Assembly: GCA_964057225.1 (NCBI GenBank)
Contig: OZ059897.1
Coordinates: 20,212,001-20,276,000, forward strand
From: Auanema rhodensis
Taxonomy: Eukaryota; Animalia; Nematoda
Direction: 5' to 3'
DNA length: 64,000 bases
The number at the start of each line of letters is the position of its first letter. Within the stretch, counting starts at the first letter, position 1. Position numbers and translations under genes: made by a program. Under the pieces are notes generated by a model. The model saw only the letters and a program-made list of their open reading frames with translations, had not been told where the DNA came from and made no database searches. Shown here piece after piece: positions 10,301-23,516 of the stretch.

Positions 10301-13300
10301 CCATGTACACTCAACATTGCTTCCAAAAACATTTTGACAAAAATTTTTTCGAAAAATTTCAAAATAATTTAGCAAAAAGTAGATGTTTTTAGATTCCTTT
10401 TTTCAAGGCAAAGACGATGGACAATGTTATTCAACGAAAAAATTATTTCTTCAGGGTGAAAATCGAGGATATAAGTGTGAACTTATATCAGTTGATATAT
10501 CGGTGCATTTTTAAGCTAGCGCAAATCTGATAACACAGATCGACGCAGCTTAAAAATCCGCATCGAATGCACTATACTACATTAAGAAACGCTTAATACA
10601 AAAATTAGTTATGATCGTTTGAAAAATGATGCATTAGTGTATGTTGAGTTTCCATGTACACTCAACATTGCTTCCAAAAACATTTTGACAAAAATTTTTT
10701 CGAAAAATTTCAAAATAATTTAGCAAAAAGTAGATGTTTTTAGATTCCTTTTTTCAAGGCGAAGACGATGGACAATGTTATTCAACGAAAAAATTAATTC
10801 TTCAGGGTGAAAATCGAGGATATAAGTGTGAACTTATATCAGTTGATATCTCGGTACATTTTTAAGCTAGCGCAAATCTGATAACACAGATCGACGCAGC
10901 TTAAAAATCCGCATCGAATGCACTATACTACATGGAAGAACGCTTAATACAAAAATTAGTTATGATCGTTTGAAAAATGATGCATTAGTGTATGTTGAGT
11001 TTCCATGTACACTCAACATTGCTTCCAAAAACATTTTGACAAAAATTTTTTCGAAAAATTTCAAAATAATTTAGCAAAAAGTAGATGTTTTTAGATTCCT
11101 TTTTTCAAGGCAAAGACGATGGACAATGTTATTCAACGAAAAAATTATTTCTTCAGGGTGAAAATCGAGGATATAAGTGTAAACTTATATCATTTGATAT
11201 CTCGGTGCATTTTTAAGCTAGCGCAAATCTGATAACACAGATCGACGCAGCTTAAAAATCTGCATCGAATGCACTATACTACATTAAGAAACGCTTAATA
11301 CAAAAATTAGTTATGATCGTTTGAAAAATGATGCATTAGTGTATGTTGAGTTTCCATGTACACTCAACATTGCTTCCAAAAACATTTTGACAAAAATTTT
11401 TTCGAAAAATTTCAAAATAATTTAGCAAAAAGTAGATGTTTTTAGATTCCTTTTTTCAAGGCAAAGACGATGAACAATGTTATTCAACGAAAAAATTAAT
11501 TCTTCAGGGTGAAAATCGAGGATATAAGTGTGAACTTATATCAGTTGATATATCGGTGCATTTTTAAGCTAGCGCAAATCTGATAACACAGATCGACGCA
11601 GCTTAAAAATCCGCATCGAATGCACTATACTACATTAAGAAACGCTTAATACAAAAATTAGTTATGATCGTTTGAAAAATGATGCATTAGTGTATGTTGA
11701 GTTTCCATGTACACTCAACATTGCTTCCAAAAACATTTTGACAAAAATTTTTTCGAAAAATTTCAAAATAATTTAGCAAAAAGTAGATGTTTTTAGATTC
11801 CTTTTTTCAAGGCGAAGACGATGGACAATGTTATTCAACGAAAAAATTAATTCTTCAGGGTGAAAATCGAGGATATAAGTGTGAACTTATATCAGTTGAT
11901 ATCTCGGTGCATTTTTAAGCTAGCGCAAATCTGATAACACAGATCGACGCAGCTTAAAAATCCGCATCGAATGCACTATACTACATTGAGAAACGCTTAA
12001 TACAAAAATTAGTTATGATCGTTTGAAAAATGATGCATTAGTGTATGTTGAGTTTCCATGTACACTCAACATTGCTTCCAAAAACATTTTGACAAAAATT
12101 TTTTCGAAAAATTTCAAAATAATTTAGCAAAAAGTAGATGTTTTTAGATTCCTTTTTTCAAGGCGAAGACGATGGACAATGTTATTCAACGAAAAAATTA
12201 ATTCTTCAGGGTGAAAATCGAGGATATAAGTGTGAACTTATATCAGTTGATATCTCGGTACATTTTTAAGCTAGCGCAAATCTGATAACACAGATCGACG
12301 CAGCTTAAAAATCCGCATCGAATGCACTATACTACATGGAAGAACGCTTAATACAAAAATTAGTTATGATCGTTTGAAAAATGATGCATTAGTGTATGTT
12401 GAGTTTCCATGTACACTCAACATTGCTTCCAAAAACATTTTGACAAAAATTTTTTCGAAAAATTTCAAAATAATTTAGCAAAAAGTAGATGTTTTTAGAT
12501 TCCTTTTTTCAAGGCAAAGACGATGAACAATGTTATTCAACGAAAAAATTAATTCTTCAGGGTGAAAATCGAGGATATAAGTGTGAACTTATATCAGTTG
12601 ATATCTCGGTGCATTTTTAAGCTAGCGCAAATCTGATAACACAGATCGACGCAGCTTAAAAATCCGCATCGAATGCACTATACTACATTGAGAAACGCTT
12701 AATACAAAAATTAGTTATGATCGTTTGAAAAATGATGCATTAGTGTATGTTGAGTTTCCATGTACACTCAACATTGCTTCCAAAAACATTTTGACAAAAA
12801 TTTTTTCGAAAAATTTCAAAATAATTTAGCAAAAAGTAGATGTTTTTAGATTCCTTTTTTCAAGGCGAAGACGATGGACAATGTTATTCAACGAAAAAAT
12901 TAATTCTTCAGGGTGAAAATCGAGGATATAAGTGTGAACTTATATCAGTTGATATCTCGGTACATTTTTAAGCTAGCGCAAATCTGATAACACAGATCGA
13001 CGCAGCTTAAAAATCCGCATCGAATGCACTATACTACATGGAAGAACGCTTAATACAAAAATTAGTTATGATCGTTTGAAAAATGATGCATTAGTGTATG
13101 TTGAGTTTCCATGTACACTCAACATTGCTTCCAAAAACATTTTGACAAAAATTTTTTCGAAAAATTTCAAAATAATTTAGCAAAAAGTAGATGTTTTTAG
13201 ATTCCTTTTTTCAAGGCAAAGACGATGAACAATGTTATTCAACGAAAAAATTAATTCTTCAGGGTGAAAATCGAGGATATAAGTGTAAACTTATATCAGT

Positions 13301-15444
13301 TGATATCTCGGTGCATTTTTAAGCTAGCGCAAATCTGATAACACAGATCGACGCAGCTTAAAAATCCGCATCGAATGCACTATACTACATTGAGAAACGC
13401 TTAATACAAAAATTAGTTATGATCGTTTGAAAAATGATGCATTAGTGTATGTTGAGTTTCCATGTACACTCAACATTGCTTCCAAAAACATTTTGACAAA
13501 AATTTTTTCGAAAAATTTCAAAATAATTTAGCAAAAAGTAGATGTTTTTAGATTCCTTTTTTCAAGGCAAAGACGATGAACAATGTTATTCAACGAAAAA
13601 ATTATTTCTTCAGGGTGAAAATCGAGGATATAAGTGTGAACTTATATCAGTTGATATATCGGTGCATTTTTAAGCTAGCGCAAATCTGATAACACAGATC
13701 GACGCAGCTTAAAAATCCGCATCGAATGCACTATACTACATTAAGAAACGCTTAATACAAAAATTAGTTATGATCGTTTGAAAAATGATGCATTAGTGTA
13801 TGTTGAGTTTCCATGTACACTCAACATTGCTTCCAAAAACATTTTGACAAAAATGTTTTCGAAAAATTTCAAAATAATTTAGCAAAAAGTAGATGTTTTT
13901 AGATTCCTTTTTTCAAGGCGAAGACGATGGACAATGTTATTCAACGAAAAAATTAATTCTTCAGGGTGAAAATCGAGGATATAAGTGTGAACTTATATCA
14001 GTTGATATCTCGGTACATTTTTAAGCTAGCGCAAATCTGATAACACAGATCGACGCAGCTTAAAAATCCGCATCGAATGCACTATACTACATGGAAGAAC
14101 GCTTAATACAAAAATTAGTTATGATCGTTTGAAAAATGATGCATTAGTGTATGTTGAGTTTCCATGTACACTCAACATTGCTTCCAAAAACATTTTGACA
14201 AAAATTTTTTCGAAAAATTTCAAAATAATTTAGCAAAAAGTAGATGTTTTTAGATTCCTTTTTTCAAGGCAAAGACGATGGACAATGTTATTCAACGAAA
14301 AAATTATTTCTTCAGGGTGAAAATCGAGGATATAAGTGTGAACTTATATCAGTTGATATATCGGTGCATTTTTAAGCTAGCGCAAATCTGATAACACAGA
14401 TCGACGCAGCTTAAAAATCCGCATCGAATGCACTATACTACATTAAGAAACGCTTAATACAAAAATTAGTTATGATCGTTTGAAAAATGATGCATTAGTG
14501 TATGTTGAGTTTCCATGTACACTCAACATTGCTTCCAAAAACATTTTGACAAAAATTTTTTCGAAAAATTTCAAAATAATTTAGCAAAAAGTAGATGTTT
14601 TTAGATTCCTTTTTTCAAGGCGAAGACGATGGACAATGTTATTCAACGAAAAAATTAATTCTTCAGGGTGAAAATCGAGGATATAAGTGTGAACTTATAT
14701 CAGTTGATATCTCGGTACATTTTTAAGCTAGCGCAAATCTGATAACACAGATCGACGCAGCTTAAAAATCCGCATCGAATGCACTATACTACATGGAAGA
14801 ACGCTTAATACAAAAATTAGTTATGATCGTTTGAAAAATGATGCATTAGTGTATGTTGAGTTTCCATGTACACTCAACATTGCTTCCAAAAACATTTTGA
14901 CAAAAATTTTTTCGAAAAATTTCAAAATAATTTAGCAAAAAGTAGATGTTTTTAGATTCCTTTTTTCAAGGCAAAGACGATGGACAATGTTATTCAACGA
15001 AAAAATTATTTCTTCAGGGTGAAAATCGAGGATATAAGTGTAAACTTATATCATTTGATATCTCGGTGCATTTTTAAGCTAGCGCAAATCTGATAACACA
15101 GATCGACGCAGCTTAAAAATCTGCATCGAATGCACTATACTACATTAAGAAACGCTTAATACAAAAATTAGTTATGATCGTTTGAAAAATGATGCATTAG
15201 TGTATGTTGAGTTTCCATGTACACTCAACATTGCTTCCAAAAACATTTTGACAAAAATTTTTTCGAAAAATTTCAAAATAATTCAGCAAAAAGTAGATGT
15301 TTTTAGATTCCTTTTTTCAAGGCAAAGACGATGAACAATGTTATTCAACGAAAAAATCAATTCTTCAGGGTGAAAATCGAGGATATAAGTGTGAACTTAT
15401 ATCAGTTGATATATCGGTGCATTTTTAAGCTAGCGCAAATCTGA
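7372..15444. repeat. Higher-order duplication: M22-M29 (7372-10179) recur as M37-M44 (12637-15444), offset 15 monomers (5265 bp)
   Basis: Same haplotype order. Shared rare markers m166G (8590/13855) and m29T (9857/15122). Only three differences seen (7936, 15284, 15358). Confidence 0.85.
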
Positions 15445-18400
15445 TAACACAGATCGACGCAGCTTAAAAATCCGCATCGAATGCACTATACTACATTAAG
15501 AAACGCTTAATACAAAAATTAGTTATGATCGTTTGAAAAATGATGCATTAGTGTATGTTGAGTTTCCATGTACACTCAACATTGCTTCCAAAAACATTTT
15601 GACAAAAATTTTTTCGAAAAATTTCAAAATAATTTAGCAAAAAGTAGATGTTTTTAGATTCCTTTTTTCAAGGCGAAGACGATGGACAATGTTATTCAAC
15701 GAAAAAATTAATTCTTCAGGGTGAAAATCGAGGATATAAGTGTGAACTTATATCAGTTGATATCTCGGTGCATTTTTAAGCTAGCGCAAATCTGATAACA
15801 CAGATCGACGCAGCTTAAAAATCCGCATCGAATGCACTATACTACATTGAGAAACGCTTAATACAAAAATTAGTTATGATCGTTTGAAAAATGATGCATT
15901 AGTGTATGTTGAGTTTCCATGTACACTCAACATTGCTTCCAAAAACATTTTGACAAAAATTTTTTCGAAAAATTTCAAAATAATTTAGCAAAAAGTAGAT
16001 GTTTTTAGATTCCTTTTTTCAAGGCGAAGACGATGGACAATGTTATTCAACGAAAAAATTAATTCTTCAGGGTGAAAATCGAGGATATATGTGTGAACTT
16101 ATATCAGTTGATATCTCGGTACATTTTTAAGCTAGCGCAAATCTGATAACACAGATCGACGCAGCTTAAAAATCCGCATCGAATGCACTATACTACATGG
16201 AAGAACGCTTAATACAAAAATTAGTTATGATCGTTTGAAAAATGATGCATTAGTGTATGTTGAGTTTCCATGTACACTCAACATTGCTTCCAAAAACATT
16301 TTGACAAAAATTTTTTCGAAAAATTTCAAAATAATTTAGCAAAAAGTAGATGTTTTTAGATTCCTTTTTTCAAGGCAAAGACGATGAACAATGTTATTCA
16401 ACGAAAAAATTAATTCTTCAGGGTGAAAATCGAGGATATAAGTGTAAACTTATATCAGTTGATATCTCGGTGCATTTTTAAGCTAGCGCAAATCTGATAA
16501 CACAGATCGACGCAGCTTAAAAATCCGCATCGAATGCACTATACTACATTGAGAAACGCTTAATACAAAAATTAGTTATGATCGTTTGAAAAATGATGCA
16601 TTAGTGTATGTTGAGTTTCCATGTACACTCAACATTGCTTCCAAAAACATTTTGACAAAAATTTTTTCGAAAAATTTCAAAATAATTTAGCAAAAAGTAG
16701 ATGTTTTTAGATTCCTTTTTTCAAGGCAAAGACGATGAACAATGTTATTCAACGAAAAAATTATTTCTTCAGGGTGAAAATCGAGGATATAAGTGTGAAC
16801 TTATATCAGTTGATATATCGGTGCATTTTTAAGCTAGCGCAAATCTGATAACACAGATCGACGCAGCTTAAAAATCCGCATCGAATGCACTATACTACAT
16901 TAAGAAACGCTTAATACAAAAATTAGTTATGATCGTTTGAAAAATGATGCATTAGTGTATGTTGAGTTTCCATGTACACTCAACATTGCTTCCAAAAACA
17001 TTTTGACAAAAATTTTTTCGAAAAATTTCAAAATAATTTAGCAAAAAGTAGATGTTTTTAGATTCCTTTTTTCAAGGCAAAGACGATGGACAATGTTATT
17101 CAACGAGAAAATTATTTCTTCAGGGTGAAAATCGAGGATATAAGTGTGAACTTATATCAGTTGATATATCGGTGCATTTTTAAGCTAGCGCAAATCTGAT
17201 AACACAGATCGACGCAGCTTAAAAATCCGCATCGAATGCACTATACTACATTAAGAAACGCTTAATACAAAAATTAGTTATGATCGTTTGAAAAATGATG
17301 CATTAGTGTATGTTGAGTTTCCATGTACACTCAACATTGCTTCCAAAAACATTTTGACAAAAATTTTTTCGAAAAATTTCAAAATAATTTAGCAAAAAGT
17401 AGATGTTTTTAGATTCCTTTTTTCAAGGCGAAGACGATGGACAATGTTATTCAACGAAAAAATTAATTCTTCAGGGTGAAAATCGAGGATATAAGTGTGA
17501 ACTTATATCAGTTGATATCTCGGTACATTTTTAAGCTAGCGCAAATCTGATAACACAGATCGACGCAGCTTAAAAATCCGCATCGAATGCACTATACTAC
17601 ATGGAAGAACGCTTAATACAAAAATTAGTTATGATCGTTTGAAAAATGATGCATTAGTGTATGTTGAGTTTCCATGTACACTCAACATTGCTTCCAAAAA
17701 CATTTTGACAAAAATTTTTTCGAAAAATTTCAAAATAATTTAGCAAAAAGTAGATGTTTTTAGATTCCTTTTTTCAAGGCAAAGACGATGGACAATGTTA
17801 TTCAACGAAAAAATTATTTCTTCAGGGTGAAAATCGAGGATATAAGTGTGAACTTATATCAGTTGATATATCGGTGCATTTTTAAGCTAGCGCAAATCTG
17901 ATAACACAGATCGACGCAGCTTAAAAATCCGCATCGAATGCACTATACTACATTAAGAAAAGCTTAATACAAAAATTAGTTATGATCGTTTGAAAAATGA
18001 TGCATTAGTGTATGTTGAGTTTCCATGTACACTCAACATTGCTTCCAAAAACATTTTGACAAAAATTTTTTCGAAAAATTTCAAAATAATTTAGCAAAAA
18101 GTAGATGTTTTTAGATTCCTTTTTTCAAGGCGAAGACGATGGACAATGTTATTCAACGAAAAAATTAATTCTTCAGGGTGAAAATCGAGGATATAAGTGT
18201 AAACTTATATCAGTTGATATCTCGGTGCATTTTTAAGCTAGCGCAAATCTGATAACACAGATCGACGCAGCTTAAAAATCCGCATCGAATGCACTATACT
18301 ACATTGAGAAACGCTTAATACAAAAATTAGTTATGATCGTTTGAAAAATGATGCATTAGTGTATGTTGAGTTTCCATGTTCACTCAACATTGCTTCCAAA

Positions 18401-20709
18401 AACATTTTGACAAAAATTTTTTCGAAAAATTTCAAAATAATTTAGCAAAAAGTAGATGTTTTTAGATTCCTTTTTTCAAGGCGAAGACGATGGACAATGT
18501 TATTCAACGAAAAAATTAATTCTTCAGGGTGAAAATCGAGGATATAAGTGTGAACTTATATCAGTTGATATCTCGGTACATTTTTAAGCTAGCGCAAATC
18601 TGATAACACAGATCGACGCAGCTTAAAAATCCGCATCGAATGCACTATACTACATGGAAGAACGCTTAATACAAAAATTAGTTATGATCGTTTGAAAAAT
18701 GATGCATTAGTGTATGTTGAGTTTCCATGTACACTCAACATTGCTTCCAAAAACATTTTGACAAAAATTTTTTCGAAAAATTTCAAAATAATTTAGCAAA
18801 AAGTAGATGTTTTTAGATTCCTTTTTTCAAGGCGAAGACGATGGACAATGTTATTCAACGAAAAAATTAATTCTTCAGGGTGAAAATCGAGGATATAAGT
18901 GTGAACTTATATCAGTTGATATATCGGTGCATTTTTAAGCTAGCGCAAATCTGATAACACAGATCGACGCAGCTTAAAAATCCGCATCGAATGCACTATA
19001 CTACATGGAAGAACGCTTAATACAAAAATTAGTTATGATCGTTTGAAAAATGATGCATTAGTGTATGTTGAGTTTCCATGTACACTCAACATTGCTTCCA
19101 AAAACATTTTGACAAAAATTTTTTCGAAAAATTTCAAAATAATTTAGCAAAAAGTAGATGTTTTTAGATTCCTTTTTTCAAGGCAAAGACGATGAACAAT
19201 GTTATTCAACGAAAAAATTAATTCTTCAGGGTGAAAATCGAGGATATAAGTGTGAACTTATATCAGTTGATATATCGGTGCATTTTTAAGCTAGCGCAAA
19301 TCTGATAACACAGATCGACGCAGCTTGAAAATCCGCATCGAATGCACTATACTACATTAAGAAACGCTTAATACAAAAATTAGTTTTGATCGTTTGAAAA
19401 ATGATGCATTAGTGTATGTTGAGTTTCCATGTACACTCAACATTGCTTCCAAAAACATTTTGACAAAAATTTTTTCGAAAAATTTCAAAATAATTTAGCA
19501 AAAAGTAGATGTTTTTAGATTCCTTTTTTCAAGGCGAAGACGATGGACAATGTTATTCAACGAAAAAATTAATTCTTCAGGGTGAAAATCGAGGATATAA
19601 GTGTGAACTTATATCAGTTGATATCTCGGTGCATTTTTAAGCTAGCGCAAATCTGATAACACAGATCGACGCAGCTTAAAAATCCGCATCGAATGCACTA
19701 TACTACATTGAGAAACGCTTAATACAAAAATTAGTTATGATCGTTTGAAAAATGATGCATTAGTGTATGTTGAGTTTCCATGTACACTCAACATTGCTTC
19801 CAAAAACATTTTGACAAAAATTTTTTCGAAAAATTTCAAAATAATTTAGCAAAAAGTAGATGTTTTTAGATTCCTTTTTTCAAGGCAAAGACGATGAACA
19901 ATGTTATTCAACGAAAAAATTAATTCTTCAGGGTGAAAATCGAGGATATAAGTGTAAACTTATATCAGTTGATATCTCGGTGCATTTTTAAGCTAGCGCA
20001 AATCTGATAACACAGATCGACGCAGCTTAAAAATCCGCATCGAATGCACTATACTACATTGAGAAACGCTTAATACAAAAATTAGTTATGATCGTTTGAA
20101 AAATGATGCATTAGTGTATGTTGAGTTTCCATGTACACTCAACATTGCTTCCAAAAACATTTTGACAAAAATTTTTTCGAAAAATTTCAAAATAATTTAG
20201 CAAAAAGTAGATGTTTTTAGATTCCTTTTTTCAAGGCAAAGACGATGGACAATGTTATTCAACGAAAAAATTAATTCTTCAGGGTGAAAATCGAGGATAT
20301 AAGTGTAAACTTATATCAGTTGATATCTCGGTACATTTTTAAGCTAGCGCAAATCTGATAACACAGATCGACGCAGCTTAAAAATCCGCATCGAATGCAC
20401 TATACTACATTAAGAAACGCTTAATACAAAAATTAGTTATGATCGTTTGAAAAATGATGCATTAGTGTATGTTGAGTTTCCATGTACACTCAACATTGCT
20501 TCCAAAAACATTTTGACAAAAATTTTTTCGAAAAATTTCAAAATAATTTAGCAAAAAGTAGATGTTTTTAGATTCCTTTTTTCAAGGCAAAGACGATGGA
20601 CAATGTTATTCAACGAAAAAATTAATTCTTCAGGGTGAAAATCGAGGATATAAGTGTAAACTTATATCAGTTGATATCTCGGTACATTTTTAAGCTAGCG
20701 CAAATCTGA

Positions 20710-21059
20710 TAACACAGATCGACGCAGCTTAAAAATCCGCATCGAATGCACTATACTACATGGAAGAACGCTTAATACAAAAATTAGTTATGATCGTTTG
20801 AAAAATGATGCATTAGTGTATGTTGAGTTTCCATGTACACTCAACATTGCTTCCAAAAACATTTTGACAAAAATTTTTTCGAAAAATTTCAAAATAATTT
20901 AGCAAAAAGTAGATGTTTTTAGATTCCTTTTTTCAAGGCAAAGACAATGGACCATGTTATTCAACGAAAAATTAATTCTTCAGGGTGAAAATCGAGGATA
21001 TAAGTGTAAACTTATATCATTTGATATCTCGGTGCATTTTTAAGCTAGCGCAAATCTGA
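20710..21059. repeat. Only length-variant monomer (350 bp; A6->A5)
   Basis: CAACGAAAAATTAATT with A5 at 20967-20971. All later monomer starts shift by -1. Confidence 0.9.
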
Positions 21060-23516
21060 TAACACAGATCGACGCAGCTTAAAAATCCGCATCGAATGCA
21101 CTATACTACATTAAGAAACGCTTAATACAAAAATTAGTTATGATCGTTTGAAAAATGATGCATTAGTGTATGTTGAGTTTCCATGTACACTCAACATTGC
21201 TTCCAAAAACATTTTGACAAAAATTTTTTCGAAAAATTTCAAAATAATTTAGCAAAAAGTAGATGTTTTTAGATTCCTTTTTTCAAGGCGAAGACGATGG
21301 ACAATGTTATTCAACGAAAAAATTAATTCTTCAGGGTGAAAATCGAGGATATAAGTGTGAACTTATATCAGTTGATATCTCGGTACATTTTTAAGCTAGC
21401 GCAAATCTGATAACACAGATCGACGCAGCTTAAAAATCCGCATCGAATGCACTATACTACATGGAAGAACGCTTAATACAAAAATTAGTTATGATCGTTT
21501 GAAAAATGATGCATTAGTGTATGTTGAGTTTCCATGTACACTCAACATTGCTTCCAAAAACATTTTGACAAAAATTTTTTCGAAAAATTTCAAAATAATT
21601 TAGCAAAAAGTAGATGTTTTTAGATTCCTTTTTTCAAGGCAAAGACAATGGACCATGTTATTCAACGAACAAATTAATTCTTCAGGGTGAAAATCGAGGA
21701 TATAAGTGTAAACTTATATCAGTTGATATCTCGGTACATTTTTAAGCTAGCGCAAATCTGATAACACAGATCGACGCAGCTTAAAAATCCGCATCGAATG
21801 CACTATACTACATAGAAGAACGCTCAATACAAAAATTAGTTATGATCGTTTGAAAAATGATGCATTAGTGTATGTTGAGTTTCCATGTACACTCAACATT
21901 GCTTCCAAAAACATTTTGACAAAAATTTTTTCGAAAAATTTCAAAATAATTTAGCAAAAAGTAGATGTTTTTAGATTCCTTTTTTCAAGGCGAAGACGAT
22001 GGACAATGTTATTCAACGAAAAAATTAATTCTTCAGGGTGAAAATCGAGGATATAAGTGTGAACTTATATCAGTTGATATCTCGGTACATTTTTAAGCTA
22101 GCGCAAATCTGATAACACAGATCGACGCAGCTTAAAAATCCGCATCGAATGCACTATACTACATGGAAGAACGCTTAATACAAAAATTAGTTATGATCGT
22201 TTGAAAAATGATGCATTAGTGTATGTTGAGTTTCCATGTACACTCAACATTGCTTCCAAAAACATTTTGACAAAAATTTTTTCGAAAAATTTCAAAATAA
22301 TTTAGCAAAAAGTAGATGTTTTTAGATTTCTTTTTTCAAGGCAAAGACAATGGACCATGTTATTCAACGAAAAAATCAATTCTTCAGGGTGAAAATCGAG
22401 GATATAAGTGTAAACTTATATCATTTGATATCTCGGTGCATTTTTAAGCTAGCGCAAATCTGATAACACAGATCGACGCAGCTTAAAAATCCGCATCGAA
22501 TGCACTATACTACATTAAGAAACGCTTAATACAAAAATTAGTTATGATCGTTTGAAAAATGATGCATTAGTGTATGTTGAGTTTCCATGTACACTCAACA
22601 TTGCTTCCAAAAACATTTTGACAAAAATTTTTTCGAAAAATTTCAGAATAATTTAGCAAAAAGTAGATGTTTTTAGATTCCTTTTTTCAAGGCGAAGACG
22701 ATGGACAATGTTATTCAACGAAAAAATTAATTCTTAAGGGTGAAAATCGAGGATATAAGTGTGAACTTATATCAGTTGATATCTCGGTACATTTTTAAGC
22801 TAGCGCAAATCTGATAACACAGATCGACGCAGCTTAAAAATCCGCATCGAATGCACTATACTACATTAAGAAACGCTTAATACAAAAATTAGTTATGATC
22901 GTTTGAAAAATGATGCATTAGTGTATGTTGAGTTTCCATGTACACTCAACATTGCTTCCAAAAACATTTTGACAAAAATTTTTTCGAAAAATTTCAAAAT
23001 AATTTAGCAAAAAGTAAATGTTTTTAGATACCTTTTTTCAAGGCAAAGACGATGAACAATGTTATTCAACGAAAAAATTAATTCTTCAGGGTGAAAATCG
23101 AGGATATAAGTGTAAACTTATATCAGTTGATATCTCGGTGCATTTTTAAGCTAGCGCAAATCTGATAACACAGATCGACGCAGCTTAAAAATCCGCATCG
23201 AATGCACTATACTACATTGAGAAACGCTTAATACAAAAATTAGTTATGATCGTTTGAAAAATGATGCATTAGTGTATGTTGAGTTTCCATGTACACTCAA
23301 CATTGCTTCCAAAAACATTTTGACAAAAATTTTTTCGAAAAATTTCAAAATAATTTAGCAAAAAGTAGATGTTTTTAGATTCCTTTTTTCAAGGCAAAGA
23401 CGATGGACAATGTTATTCAACGAAAAAATTAATTCTTCAGGGTGAAAATCGAGGATATAAGTGTAAACTTATATCAGTTGATATCTCGGTACATTTTTAA
23501 GCTAGCGCAAATCTGA

